In this document: positions 10,226-21,120 of the stretch, in pieces
Position numbering within the stretch: position 1 is the stretch's first letter
Layout of the letters: each line of letters starts with the position of its first letter
Assembly: GCA_963803975.1 (NCBI GenBank)
Contig: CAWDOY010000047.1
Coordinates: 186,385 to 250,384 of the forward strand
Direction: 5' to 3'
Origin: an uncultured delta proteobacterium
GTDB taxonomy: Bacteria > Desulfobacterota > WTBG01 > CAIYCZ01
Length of the DNA stretch: 64,000 nucleotides
The notes under the pieces: generated by a model
Databases searched by the model: none
What the model was told of the DNA's origin: nothing
Seen by the model: the letters and a program-made list of their open reading frames with translations, nothing else
Position numbers and translations under genes: made by a program

Positions 10226-11023
10226 TTATCCTTTCACCGTAACATATGCTTTTTGAGCTGATTTTAAATGAATCGTTTCAGGCGCCAGCCCTTTGTTTTT
10301 AAGGTCATCAACTATTTTCCACAGCGCTTCCATCTTCTCCGCAAAGTCCCCGAACCCGACATATATTGCCATACGTTCAGGAGCGGTGATAATGGTAAAA
10401 CCTGCTGTTTTATCTATGGTTATTTCAATCTCTGACCCTTTAAAGCGCTGGTCCTGTGCTATGGAGTCAAGCAAACCCAGAGCACTGCGGATCAGGTGCT
10501 GGCAATGCTCGCTGTCGCGGTAGAGGTCGTCTTTAGAAAGCCCGCTCAGGAGCGGGTAGTTAAGCTCAGCGGCCTGCGCCTTTTTGTAAATCTCGCCCCG
10601 CGCATCGACCAGATAAAAATCTTCCAGCCTGATAACAGCCCGCGGTTTTCTCTCCTCCACATATATTTCCAGGGTGTTGGGGAGTTTTCGCTCGAGCACT
10701 GCTTTATATATATAGGGATACTGTTCAAGCTGTGAGCTTTTCTGGTTGAGATTGACTGAGAGCAGGTTCATGCCTTTTTGGATCTGAGCCTGGGCCATAA
10801 TGTCTTCAGGGCTGGTCAGGGTGCAGCCGAAAATCTTTAATTCTCTCAGTTCAAACAAACTGCTCTGCCGGACGAAGGGTGCGCCTGTTAGTACCAGCGC
10901 CACGATAGCGATAACAACACCGATCCCTGCCAGCAGTTCTTTTTTATCCTGCAGGCCCGCCCTGCGTCCGGCCCTGGCCGGCTTTTTATATGATGGTTTC
11001 CTTTTCCGGGTAAAAAGATTCAT
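10226..11023 (-). CDS. ftsQ: Cell division protein FtsQ/DivIB
   Basis: Basic N-terminus, one TM, POTRA pattern (F.L..L.I.G; PYIYKAVLERKLPNTLEIYVEERKP); position between ddl and ftsA. Confidence 0.92.
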   Translation of the reverse strand: MNLFTRKRKPSYKKPARAGRRAGLQDKKELLAGIGVVIAIVALVLTGAPFVRQSSLFELRELKIFGCTLTSPEDIMAQAQIQKGMNLLSVNLNQKSSQLEQYPYIYKAVLERKLPNTLEIYVEERKPRAVIRLEDFYLVDARGEIYKKAQAAELNYPLLSGLSKDDLYRDSEHCQHLIRSALGLLDSIAQDQRFKGSEIEITIDKTAGFTIITAPERMAIYVGFGDFAEKMEALWKIVDDLKNKGLAPETIHLKSAQKAYVTVKG

Positions 11024-11036
11024 GTCTGTTCCGCCG

Positions 11037-12032
11037 TTACCTGGTTGGTGGCGTGTGTTTGTGCAGAGCAGCACTCCACAACATGTTTTCCACCAGATCC
11101 GGAAAATCGATTCCTGCCTTACCGGCTGCTTTGGGCAGCAGGCTGGTCTCGGTCATTCCCGGCACGGTATTGACCTCAAGAATCAAAGGGTTGCCGCCCC
11201 GGTCAACCATGAAGTCTACCCGTGCTGCACCGCTGCACCCGAGGGCCTGAAACGCACGCAGCGCCAGGTCCTGTATCGCCATCTCCCGTTCAGCGCCCAG
11301 CCAGTCAGGAAAAACATATTCAGTTTCACCCTTCTGGTATTTGGCCTGGTAATCATAAAAACCATTGCGGGGAATAATTTCTATAAGGGGCAACGGCCGG
11401 TCATTGAGTATCCCCGCGGTAACTTCCCTGCCGGTAATAAATTCTTCAATGAGCAGCTCGGTGCCGAAGCGCAGTGCGGTCTCAAGCGCCGGCAGCAGTT
11501 CCTCCCGGGTCCTGACAATGCTCACGCCGATGGTTGAGCCCTCTTCAGAGGGCTTGACAATCATCGGGCAGGGAATGCGTATATCAGCCAGCAGGTCGCC
11601 TGCGCCTCCCGGTGCCGCGCACAGCGACTGAAACCCCGGCGTTGGCAGGCCATGGTAGGAAAATATTTTTTTAGCCGCCACCTTGTTCATTGCCAGTGCA
11701 CTGGCAAGCACTCCTGACCCGGTATAGGGTATGTGCAGAATTTCGAGCAGCCCCTGGATCGCTCCATCTTCTCCCAGTGCGCCGTGGAGCGCGATAAAGC
11801 CTGCCTCGACTGCTGCGGCCTGCAGTTTGTTTACCACCTCCCGGTCCGCATCAATGGCAACCGCGGTATACTCTTTATGCTGCAGCGCCTTGAGAATGGC
11901 GCTCCCGGTTCTGAGGGATATCTCCCGCTCCGATGACAGGCCGCCCATGAGCACCCCGATCTTGGTGTGCCGGAAGCGTTCCCTGAGCACGTCAGGGGGC
12001 TGCGGCGCCTGCTTTGTGGTACGGTTCTCCAT
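11037..12032 (-). CDS. ddl: D-alanine--D-alanine ligase
   Basis: GGLSSEREISL, ALHGALGEDG, GSTIG, FYDYQAKY, LEVNTVPGMT. Confidence 0.97.
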   Translation of the reverse strand: MENRTTKQAPQPPDVLRERFRHTKIGVLMGGLSSEREISLRTGSAILKALQHKEYTAVAIDADREVVNKLQAAAVEAGFIALHGALGEDGAIQGLLEILHIPYTGSGVLASALAMNKVAAKKIFSYHGLPTPGFQSLCAAPGGAGDLLADIRIPCPMIVKPSEEGSTIGVSIVRTREELLPALETALRFGTELLIEEFITGREVTAGILNDRPLPLIEIIPRNGFYDYQAKYQKGETEYVFPDWLGAEREMAIQDLALRAFQALGCSGAARVDFMVDRGGNPLILEVNTVPGMTETSLLPKAAGKAGIDFPDLVENMLWSAALHKHTPPTR

Positions 12033-12089
12033 GCAGTGCTTCTTTCACTTATTATTTCTATTGCTGCGTGCCGGCCGAAGCCTCTGGTA

Positions 12090-13461
12090 TTATCCGGGCA
12101 GTTCCTGCATCAGCGTCTCGCCTGCCTTCCACACATCACCTGCTCCCAGGGTGAGGACAATATCGCCGGTTTTCAGGATGCTCTTGAGATGTGCCCTCAT
12201 CTCGTCCCCCGGGGAGATGTGGGTCACGTCCTTGCATCCGTAGTCTTTCGAGCCCTTCACATAAGCCCTGGGCCGTCACCTCGGGGATCGGGCTTTCACC
12301 GGCAGGATAAATGTCGGTCACCAGAAGAACATCCGCGTCGTAAAATGCGACCATGAATTCGCGGTAGAGATCCCTGGTGCGGGTGTAGCGGTGCGGCTGA
12401 AACACCACCACGAGCCTTCTCTGCCATACTTCCTTTGCCGTGCGCAGGGTGGTCTTAATTTCAGTAGGGTGATGCCCGTAATCATCAACCCAGATAATCC
12501 CCTGCTTTTCCTCACGCACCTGGAACCGCCGCTGCACGCCCCGGAACTGGGCCAGCGCTTCCTGGATGACCGCGAACGGCACCTTGAGCTCAAGGCCCAC
12601 CGCGATGGCGGCAAGGGAATTGTATACATTGTGTATGCCGGGAATTTTCTGCTCCACCGTGCCCAGCAGCTGGTCATGCTGCCACACCGAAAAACTGCTC
12701 TGAAATCCCTGGAGCGAAATATCGCGCGCCTGCAGGTCTGCCTGTGCGGCACACCCGTAGGTCAGAAAACGCTTCCTGATTTTCGGTATGATGCTCTGCA
12801 GGTTCTCATTATCCAGGCAGATGACCGACAGCCCGTAGAAGGGGACTTTATTGATGAATTCGAGAAAGGTCTTCTTGATGTCCTGGATGTTTTTATAGAA
12901 ATCCATGTGCTCGCGGTCTATGTTGGTCACTACGGCGATGGTCGGCGAGAGCTTGAGGAACGACCCGTCACTCTCATCTGCTTCCGCGACCAGAAAGTCG
13001 CCCGATCCAAGCTGGGCGTTGGTATTGGTGGTGTTGAGCCGCCCGCCGATGACAACCGTCGGGTCAATGCCGCCGTGGCCGAGTACTGCGGCAACAAGTG
13101 AGGTGGTGGTGGTCTTGCCGTGCGCACCGGCGACAGCGATGCCGTATTTCAGCCGCATCAGCTCTGCAAGCATTTCAGCGCGGGGAATAACCGGTATGCT
13201 GCGCTCCTGCGCGGCCAGGAGTTCAGGGTTATCAGGCCTGACGGCCGATGATATAACCACCACGTCAACGTCGGTTATGTTTTCCGGCAGATGCCCGTCA
13301 TAAACCGTTGCCCCCAGTGATGCCAGGCGCTGGGTGATATCAGTGCGCTTCACATCAGAGCCGCTCACCCGGTATCCCAGGTTAAGCAGCAGCTCGGCAA
13401 TGCCGCTCATGCCGATGCCGCCGATGCCGACGAAATGGATATGCTGGTCTTTCTTATACAT
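12090..13461 (-). CDS. murC: UDP-N-acetylmuramate--L-alanine ligase (indel near 12250)
   Basis: [36 protein letters not shown]-terminus [14 protein letters not shown]...ELPG* in another frame, ending at 12090. Confidence 0.96.
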
Positions 13462-13505
13462 GGCGCCTCAAAAAACAGTTACTATACGATTGCATGAATC
13501 TATAT

Positions 13506-14609
13506 TTAATGAAATATTCTTCTCTGTTTACGTCCCCGTCGGGCAACAAGCTCATAGCAGTGATCAACAATCTCCCGGGCTGCCTGCGGTTTTGCCAGGC
13601 TTCGCGCCTGCTTCTCCATCACCTCCAGCTGCTCGCGGTGTGATTCCGCATAAATAATTGCCTGCGCCAGCTTCTCCCCCGACAGCTCAGCCGAGAGAAT
13701 CATCTGTGCCGCACCACGGTCAGCAAGGACCCGGGCATTTTTTTCCTGATGATTATTGGCTGCGTGCGGATACGGCACCAGAAGCGCCGCCCTCCCGCAG
13801 AAGGCGAGTTCCGCAAGGGTTGCGGCACCGGCCCGCGATAGTACCAGATGGGCTTTGCCGTAGGCGCTCGTCATGTCATCGATAAAGGAAATAATCTGCG
13901 CGTCCAGCCCGTGCTTTCCGTAAACGCCGGCAAGCATTGCCGCATCAGCTGCTCCGCTCTGGTGGATAATGCGGACCCGCTCTTTAAGGGCTGCAAGATG
14001 CGGAACCGCTTCTGCCACTGCCTCATTTATTTCATGGGAGCCCTGGCTTCCGCCCAGCACCAGGATGGTGAACACGCTGTCGCGAACAGGCATCCGGTGC
14101 TCAAGAAGCGTGCGCCGCAGCGGCATCCCGGTGAAGACCGTTTTATCCTGAGGAAAAAAAGAGCTGCTCTCCTCGTAGGAAACAAACACCCGGTCCGCAT
14201 AATTTCCCAGTATCCGGTTGCTTAAGCCGGGAAAGCTGTTCTGCTCGTGAATCACCGCGGGTGTCCCCTGAAGCGCTGCAGCCATGACCGCAGGAGCTGA
14301 TACATAGCCGCCGACCCCGCACACAATGTCGGCATTAAACCGGCGCAGGCAGTTCCGGGACTGCAGCAATGCTCCGGGCAGCAGCAGCAGAGAAAGCATC
14401 TGGCCTGCCATTCCCTTCCCCTTGAGCCCCTTCACCCGTATGGTCTGCAGCGCAAATCCGAGCTGCGGCACGATGCGCGCTTCAAGACCGTGACTGGTGC
14501 CGATGAACAGTATGGCGTTTTCCGGGTCACGCTGCAAAAACTCCTCTGCGATGGCAATCCCGGGGAACAGGTGCCCGCCGGTACCTCCTCCTGCAACTGC
14601 CATATTCAT
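13506..14609 (-). CDS. murG: Lipid II glycosyltransferase MurG
   Basis: AGGGTGGHLFP, HEQN, GGSQG, RAGAATLAE, HQEKNA. Confidence 0.97.
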   Translation of the reverse strand: MNMAVAGGGTGGHLFPGIAIAEEFLQRDPENAILFIGTSHGLEARIVPQLGFALQTIRVKGLKGKGMAGQMLSLLLLPGALLQSRNCLRRFNADIVCGVGGYVSAPAVMAAALQGTPAVIHEQNSFPGLSNRILGNYADRVFVSYEESSSFFPQDKTVFTGMPLRRTLLEHRMPVRDSVFTILVLGGSQGSHEINEAVAEAVPHLAALKERVRIIHQSGAADAAMLAGVYGKHGLDAQIISFIDDMTSAYGKAHLVLSRAGAATLAELAFCGRAALLVPYPHAANNHQEKNARVLADRGAAQMILSAELSGEKLAQAIIYAESHREQLEVMEKQARSLAKPQAAREIVDHCYELVARRGRKQRRIFH

Positions 14610-15719
14610 TGTCGTACCCGACAGTCACTCTGATCTGAAATGCCCACCAGTATGCCGACACTCAGAAGATTCATCAAGAGCGATGTCCCCCCGTAACTGA
14701 TGAAGGGAAGCGTTGTTCCTTTGGTCGGCATCAGCCCCATGACCACATCCATATTGATAATTGCCTGCAGCCCGATAAGAAACGTGATGCCGAGGGCCAG
14801 ATAGGTGCCAAACAGATCGCAGGCATTCAATGCTATCTGCAGCCCGCAATAGAGAATGGCGCCAAACAGCACAATAACGCCCAGCACCCCGATGCAGCCC
14901 GATTTCTTCCCCGATAACCGACAGTATAAAATCCGTGTGCGGCTCGGGAAGATAGAGCAGCTTCTGCGTCCCGCAGCCCAGTCCCCTGCCCCACAGCCCT
15001 CCTGATCCAAAGGCCAGAAGCGACTGCACCACATGGTAGCCGGCCCCCTTATAATGGGCCCACGGGTCAAGGAAGGCAAAAATTCTCTGTATGCGGTATG
15101 CTCCTTTATACATAACCAGCGGCAGCGCAGCGACGGTTGCAAGCACAATCAGAGAAACAAGATAGCTCCGGGGAACGCCGGCAACAAACAGAAACGCAAA
15201 CAGGAGCAGAATAAATATTATGGCAGTTCCGAAATCCGGCTGCAGCAGCACCAGGCCTGCAATCGGCAGCACCACCATGAGATGGGGCAGCACGCCGATC
15301 GAAAAAATCCGTATGTTCTGTTCTTTCTTTTCCAGGGAATAGGAGAGAAATATGATCACCGCAAGCTTGGCAAACTCTGACGGCTGGAAGGAGAATAAAC
15401 TGAACCCGAGCCACCGGCACGCACCGCCGGCCTTTTTTCCGACGCCCGGTATAAAGACCGCCAGCAGCAGGGCAACGCTGATGAATAAAAACGGGTAGGC
15501 AAATCTCCGGTACTGCCGGTAGGGAACGCGCATGATGAGGAGCATGCCGATAATGCCGGCGATGGCAAAGATCACCTGCTTTTTCAAAAACAAGGTGCCA
15601 TCGTTAAAGCGTTCTGCAGCATTAATACAGCTGGCACTGTACACCATGCATATGCCCATGATGACCAGCGTCACCGGCACAAAGATGAGAATATTGTGTA
15701 TCAGGCGTTTGTTATACAT
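14606..15719 (-). CDS. ftsW: SEDS peptidoglycan polymerase FtsW (indel near 14895)
   Basis: MVYSAS, FQPSEFAK, QPDFGT, YLPEPHTDFI; P.KGTTLPFISYGG in the second frame. Confidence 0.96.
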
Positions 15720-15724
15720 ACCGC

Positions 15725-17071
15725 TTAAGCGTTCAGTTTTTTCACCAGCTCTTTAAAGCATTCTCCCCGGTGTGCGTAGCTGGTAAACATATCAAAGCTT
15801 GAGCAGGCCGGAGAAAACAGGATGGTATCGCCCGGCATCGCCTTGCCAAAGGCCACGCGCACGGCCTCTTCAAGAGAGGAGACCATTTCCGTTTCCACCT
15901 CGCTGCCCAGTTCTGCAAATATTTTCTCCCGGGCTTCCCCCAGAAGAACCAGTGCTTTTGTTTTAGTCCGGATAAGCTCTCTCAGGGGCTCGTAGCTGCC
16001 GCCCTTATCCTTTCCTCCGGCAATGAGAATGAGCGGCGGGGCAAGGCTCTCCAGCGACTTAACCACTGCTCCCACATTGGTTGCCTTTGAGTCATTGTAG
16101 AAGGCAACCCCCTGAATCTCATCCACAAACTCCATGCGGTGCGTGAGTCCGGCAAAGCCCGTGAGGCTCTGCTGGATGCTCTGTTCCGGCAGCATGCACA
16201 CCGCGCCGACCGCAGCTGCGGCCATCATGTTCTCAATATTATGGATACCTTTCAGGAGCGCATCTCTGACCGTAAATCGTACTTCAGTCCCCTGGTAGCG
16301 GAGGTGCAGGTCACCATTATAAAAAGCTCCCGCAGGGACCGCCTGCCGGATGCTGAAAAAAAGCTTCTGTGCCCGCACCTCATTTTCCAGGGCCATTACC
16401 CGGGAGTCATCAAAATTAAGAATCGCCGTATCTTCGGCTCCCTGATTCATAAAGATGCGGTTCTTGGCCGCGATATAGTCAGCAAAAGACTGGTAGCGGT
16501 CCAGATGATCCTCGGTGATGTTGAGCATTACGCTGACGTACGGTCTGAAGGAGGTAATGGCCTCCAGTTGAAAGCTGCTTATTTCAGCAATAACAAAGTC
16601 ATCTTCCTGGGGCCCGGCAACATAGTCTATGAGGGGGGTCCCGATATTGCCGCCGACAAAGACGCGCTTTCCAGCATCCCTGAACATCTCGCCAAGCAGC
16701 GCGGTGGTGGTGGTTTTGCCGTTGGTGCCGGTAATCGCGATGAGGGGCGTTTTCAAGAAACGATAGGCAAGCTCTATTTCGCTTATGATTTCAATGCCCC
16801 GCTCCTGCGCCGCCTGTAGCGGCGCAATCTCCAGCGGCACCCCGGGGCTCATCACGATGAGCTCTGCGGCAAGAAAGGTTTTGAGCTGGTGGCCGCCGGT
16901 CTCAAGCACAACCCCTTTCCCGGCCAGCTCCCGGCATGCTGCTGCTTGTTCTTCCGCCTCCTGTGCATCGGAAATGGTTACCCGCGCTCCCCGGCCAAGC
17001 AAAAACCGGGCACTGGCAATACCGGTCCGTGCCATGCCGACCACGAGAACGTTTTTCCCTTGCAGTTCCAT
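15725..17071 (-). CDS. murD: UDP-MurNAc-L-Ala--D-glutamate ligase
   Basis: ITGTNGKTTT, EISSFQLE, DHLDRY, NDSKATN, SPACSSFDMF. Confidence 0.97.
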   Translation of the reverse strand: MELQGKNVLVVGMARTGIASARFLLGRGARVTISDAQEAEEQAAACRELAGKGVVLETGGHQLKTFLAAELIVMSPGVPLEIAPLQAAQERGIEIISEIELAYRFLKTPLIAITGTNGKTTTTALLGEMFRDAGKRVFVGGNIGTPLIDYVAGPQEDDFVIAEISSFQLEAITSFRPYVSVMLNITEDHLDRYQSFADYIAAKNRIFMNQGAEDTAILNFDDSRVMALENEVRAQKLFFSIRQAVPAGAFYNGDLHLRYQGTEVRFTVRDALLKGIHNIENMMAAAAVGAVCMLPEQSIQQSLTGFAGLTHRMEFVDEIQGVAFYNDSKATNVGAVVKSLESLAPPLILIAGGKDKGGSYEPLRELIRTKTKALVLLGEAREKIFAELGSEVETEMVSSLEEAVRVAFGKAMPGDTILFSPACSSFDMFTSYAHRGECFKELVKKLNA

Positions 17072-17073
17072 CC

Positions 17074-18150
17074 TCACCTCAGCTTTAAGGTACTCATTGC
17101 CAGCAGCGCCAGCACGGTACCCGCAATCCAGAACCGGACAATGATTTTTGGCTCAGTTAGCCCTTTCAGCTCAAAATGGTGGTGCAGCGGGGCCATCTGA
17201 AAAATACGTTTTCCGCGCAGCTTAAAGGAGCTTACCTGAAAGATGACCGAAAGCGCCTCGATGACAAAGATTCCTCCCACAATTGCCAGCAGTATTTCAT
17301 GTTTGGTAATGATAGCAACGGTGCCAAGGGATCCTCCCAGCGCCAGGGAGCCGACGTCTCCCATGAATACCTCGGCGGGATAGGCATTGTACCAGAGAAA
17401 GCCCATGCTGGCGCCGATCAGCGCGCCGCAGAATACGGTCAGCTCGCCGCTGCCGGAAACATAGGTGATCTGCAGGTAGTCGGCAATGCGCACATTACCT
17501 GAAATATAGGAAAACAGCATATAGGTGGCCGACACCAGGAGCACCAGCCCTATGGCCAGCCCGTCCAGGCCATCAGTAAGGTTCACCGCATCAGAGCAGC
17601 CCACAATAACCACTACCACAAAGGCGAGATAGAAGATTCCCAGGTCAGGCAGTATGTTTTTAAAAAACGGCACACTCAAATTGGTGTTCCAGCTGGGAAG
17701 CATATACAGATAGAGCGCAATCACCGCTCCGACAGCCGTCTGCAGCATGATTTTCTGCCGGGCGGTTATACCTTTGGCGTTTTTTCCCTTGATCTTTTTC
17801 CAGTCATCGAGCAGGCCGATGGCGCCCATGCCCACCAGCGCAAAGAGCACCAGCCAGATATACTGGTTGGTAAGATCAGCCCACAGGCAGGTTGACGTGA
17901 CTATGGCAAACAGGATCAGAATGCCGCCGGCAGTCGGGGTGCCCTGCTTTTTGTGGTGCGTTGCGGGCCCGTCCTCCCTGATATACTGCCCGAAGTTAAT
18001 CCGGCGCAGCTTCTTGACAACGAACGGCCCCAGAATAAGCGTGAGCAGAAGCGCCGTCACCGTTGCGTATATGGCGCGAAACGTGATATAGCGGAATACA
18101 TTAAAAAAGCTGAAATATACATGTAGCGGATATAACAGATAGTACAGCAT
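17074..18150 (-). CDS. mraY: Phospho-MurNAc-pentapeptide transferase
   Basis: [41 protein letters not shown]. Confidence 0.97.
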   Translation of the reverse strand: MLYYLLYPLHVYFSFFNVFRYITFRAIYATVTALLLTLILGPFVVKKLRRINFGQYIREDGPATHHKKQGTPTAGGILILFAIVTSTCLWADLTNQYIWLVLFALVGMGAIGLLDDWKKIKGKNAKGITARQKIMLQTAVGAVIALYLYMLPSWNTNLSVPFFKNILPDLGIFYLAFVVVVIVGCSDAVNLTDGLDGLAIGLVLLVSATYMLFSYISGNVRIADYLQITYVSGSGELTVFCGALIGASMGFLWYNAYPAEVFMGDVGSLALGGSLGTVAIITKHEILLAIVGGIFVIEALSVIFQVSSFKLRGKRIFQMAPLHHHFELKGLTEPKIIVRFWIAGTVLALLAMSTLKLR

Positions 18151-18165
18151 GCTCCCTCAAACCGG

Positions 18166-19584
18166 TTACTGCATGGTTGTGTGGTTGCCGGCTCCCGGCT
18201 GCTGCAGGAAGGAGACGGCTTCTTTCCATCCCCGTGGCCCGCGATCCCTTTACCAGGACCCAGTCGCCCTCCTGAATCTCCTGCTCAAGCTGCTTGGCCA
18301 GCAGCTCCCGGGTCTCAAACACGCGGATACGCGCCGCAGCCATTCCTTCCGCCAGAGCCCCTTCTGCCACTGACCGGGGCATAGCTCCCGCACAGATAGA
18401 GATAATCGATTCCCAGCCGTGCGGCAATACTGCCGGCCGCGCGGTGATACTCTGCGGCGCGCTCACCCAGCTCCAGCATATCCCCGAGCACCGCAATCGC
18501 GCGCCGGCCTTTTTTCACCCGGGAAAGGGTTGTAAGCGATGCCTCCATGGACACCGGGTTTGCATTATAGGCGTCATTGATAAGATGAATACCGCGCACG
18601 GTGCACAATTTCCATGCGGCCGGGCATCGGCTGGAACTGTTCAAGCCCGCGTTTAATATCATCCAGGGACAGGTGCAGGGCATGGGCAACGGCGGCTGCC
18701 GCCAGGGCATTGCTTAAAAACATGCCGCCGGGAAGGGCCAGGGTCACCGCTGTCCGGGCACCCATGATGTCAAGCATAAACACGGTTCCCTCACCATTCT
18801 GGTTTATAACCGTTCCGCGCACATCCCCCGTCTGCATGCCAAATGAGATGATCCGCGCCCGGGTCTTCTCTGCCAGCCGCACCACGCGCTCGTCATCCTG
18901 GTTAACGACAGCGATAGCATCGGGGCTAAGCGCTGCAAACAGCTCTCCTTTTGCTGCCATGATATTCTCCAGGGTGTGCAGATGCTCAAGGTGAGCCGGG
19001 CCGATGTTGGTAATGACACCAATCTGCGGCAGCGCGATGGCGGCGAGCCGCTCAATCTCACCCCGGGCGCTCATCCCCATCTCCATGATGCCCACCTGAT
19101 GATTTTCATTGAGCTGCAACAGCGACAGCGGCAGCCCGATCAGGTTATTAAAGTTCCCCGGATTCCTGATGGCATTGCATCTCAGGCGTGCAATCTGCCA
19201 CAGCATCTCCTTGGTGGTGGTTTTGCCATTGCTGCCGGTGATGGCAACAACGGGAACGTCAAACTTCTTTCTCCAGAAACATGCCAGGTCCCCCAGCGCC
19301 TGCAATGGGCAATCGATTGCGATCAGCACGCTATCCGGGAATCGCTTCTGCAGGTCCGGCAGCAGCGCGTTTCCCCTCTGGATAAACGACGCGCGTGCCC
19401 CCTTGCTGAACGCATCGCTGATAAAGACGTGGCCATCACAGTTACTCCCGGTGAGCGGCACAAACAGCTCTCCGGAAGTGATGCGCCGGGAATCAATGGA
19501 AACGCCGGTTATGACCGCATCCGGCGCTCCCTGCGCCAGGTGCCCTCGGGTTGCATCAAGAATCTCGCGAAGTTTCAGTTTCAT
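18166..19584 (-). CDS. murF: MurF ligase (several indels in the 3' third)
   Basis: SIDSR, ITGSNGKTTTKEM, NFNNLIGLP, EMGMS; then INDAYNANP, LGDMLELG and LVKGSR in successive frames. Confidence 0.94.
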
Positions 19585-19608
19585 ACCAATCAACTCGCCG
19601 GCATAGTA

Positions 19609-21120
19609 TCAGTTGTGGCGTTCCAGGCTGCTGCGTGCCACTTCCCGGTCGTCAAACGGAAATTTTTTATCGCCGATCTGCTGGAAGGTCTCATGCCCCT
19701 TGCCGGCAATCAGCACGCTATCTCCCGGCTGTGCCAGGGAGATAGCACGGTATATTGCCTGGGCACGGTCCGGGCAGATGCCATACACTTTTTTGTCTGT
19801 TTTACCGGAACACAGGTTGTCGGACGCTTTGTTCATTCCTTCTGCCAGCACCCCGCGTTCAATCTCCCGGATAATGTTCTCGGCCGGCTCGCTGCGCGGG
19901 TTATCCGAGGTAATAATAACCGTATCACTGTAGCGTGCCGCCATCCTTCCCATCACCGGCCGCTTCTCCCGGTCCCGGTCTCCGCCGCAGCCGAATACGG
20001 TGACAATATTTCGTCCCCCGATATCACGCAGCGTCTTCAGGACGTTTTCAAGCGCATCGCCGGTGTGCGCATAATCGACGACAATGAGCATCCCCCTGCT
20101 GTTCTCAATGCGCTCCATCCGTCCCGGTATGGTGTGCACGGCTTCAATGCCGGTGCGGATTGCTTCAGGCGCGATATCAAGCGAGACCGCCGCGGCTACA
20201 GCGGCAAGAATGTTGTAGAGGTTAAACATGCCCAGCAGCGGGGAATAAAGCTGCAACATGCCGCCGGGAGTATGAATGTCTGCACGAATGCCTTCAGGGG
20301 AAAGAGCAGCCGTGTGCGCGTGAATATCTCCTGCCGCATAGCCAAAGCTGAGACGCGGAACGGGTATTCTCTCCAGCAGCTCTCTCCCCAGGGGATCGTC
20401 CTGGTTAACGACGGCCAGCACCTTCTGCTTTGCTGAACCGGCAAGCACCTGGGTAAAAAAACGTTCTTTGCTCTGGAAATAGTTCTCCAGCGTCTCATGA
20501 TAATCCAGGTGTTCCGGCGTCAGATTGGTAAAAACACCGACATCAAACTGGCAGCCGTCAACCCGCCGCTGATCAAGGCCCTGGGAAGAAACCTCCATCA
20601 CCAGATACTGTGCGCCCCCGTCAACCATGTCCCGCAGTATGTTCTGCAGCTCCATGGGCTCAAGGGTGGTCTGCGCTGCCGGCCGTTGCAGCGAGCCGCA
20701 GCGGTATGCAACCGTGCCGAGAACCCCCACCGCAAAACCGGCGTGCTGGAGGATAGATTCGATAAGATAGGTGGTGGTGGTTTTGCCATTGGTGCCGGTG
20801 ATGCCAACCAGCCCTGCCTGCCGCGACGGGTGGCCATAAAACTGCGCCGCAAGCAGCGACAGCGCATGCCGGGAATCGGGCACCACAATGGTTGCTGCAT
20901 CAGGTTTGGAAAACGGTTTTTGTGTTACAAAGGCTCTCGTCCCTGCCTGATAGACAGCTTCTAGAAAATCATGCCCATCCACCCGCAAGCCGGCAATAGC
21001 AACAAACAGACTGTTCGCGCCGGCACTCCCTGAATGACTCACTATAGATCTTATTTCCTGCTGCTCATCCCCGAACAATTCTTTTTCATCAAGCACCGGC
21101 AGTAATTGTCCGAGTTTCAT
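19609..21120 (-). CDS. murE: MurE ligase, meso-DAP type
   Basis: ITGTNGKTTT, MEVSS, DYAHT, FGCGGDRD, DNPR specificity motif, AGKGHE. Confidence 0.97.
   Translation of the reverse strand: MKLGQLLPVLDEKELFGDEQQEIRSIVSHSGSAGANSLFVAIAGLRVDGHDFLEAVYQAGTRAFVTQKPFSKPDAATIVVPDSRHALSLLAAQFYGHPSRQAGLVGITGTNGKTTTTYLIESILQHAGFAVGVLGTVAYRCGSLQRPAAQTTLEPMELQNILRDMVDGGAQYLVMEVSSQGLDQRRVDGCQFDVGVFTNLTPEHLDYHETLENYFQSKERFFTQVLAGSAKQKVLAVVNQDDPLGRELLERIPVPRLSFGYAAGDIHAHTAALSPEGIRADIHTPGGMLQLYSPLLGMFNLYNILAAVAAAVSLDIAPEAIRTGIEAVHTIPGRMERIENSRGMLIVVDYAHTGDALENVLKTLRDIGGRNIVTVFGCGGDRDREKRPVMGRMAARYSDTVIITSDNPRSEPAENIIREIERGVLAEGMNKASDNLCSGKTDKKVYGICPDRAQAIYRAISLAQPGDSVLIAGKGHETFQQIGDKKFPFDDREVARSSLERHN

Noticed and set aside
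7642..19584. Frameshifts in ftsZ, murC, ftsW and murF as pseudogenes or programmed frameshifts
   Set aside because: These are essential genes with all motifs present in adjacent frames. Scattered single-base indels across the contig point to sequencing error.
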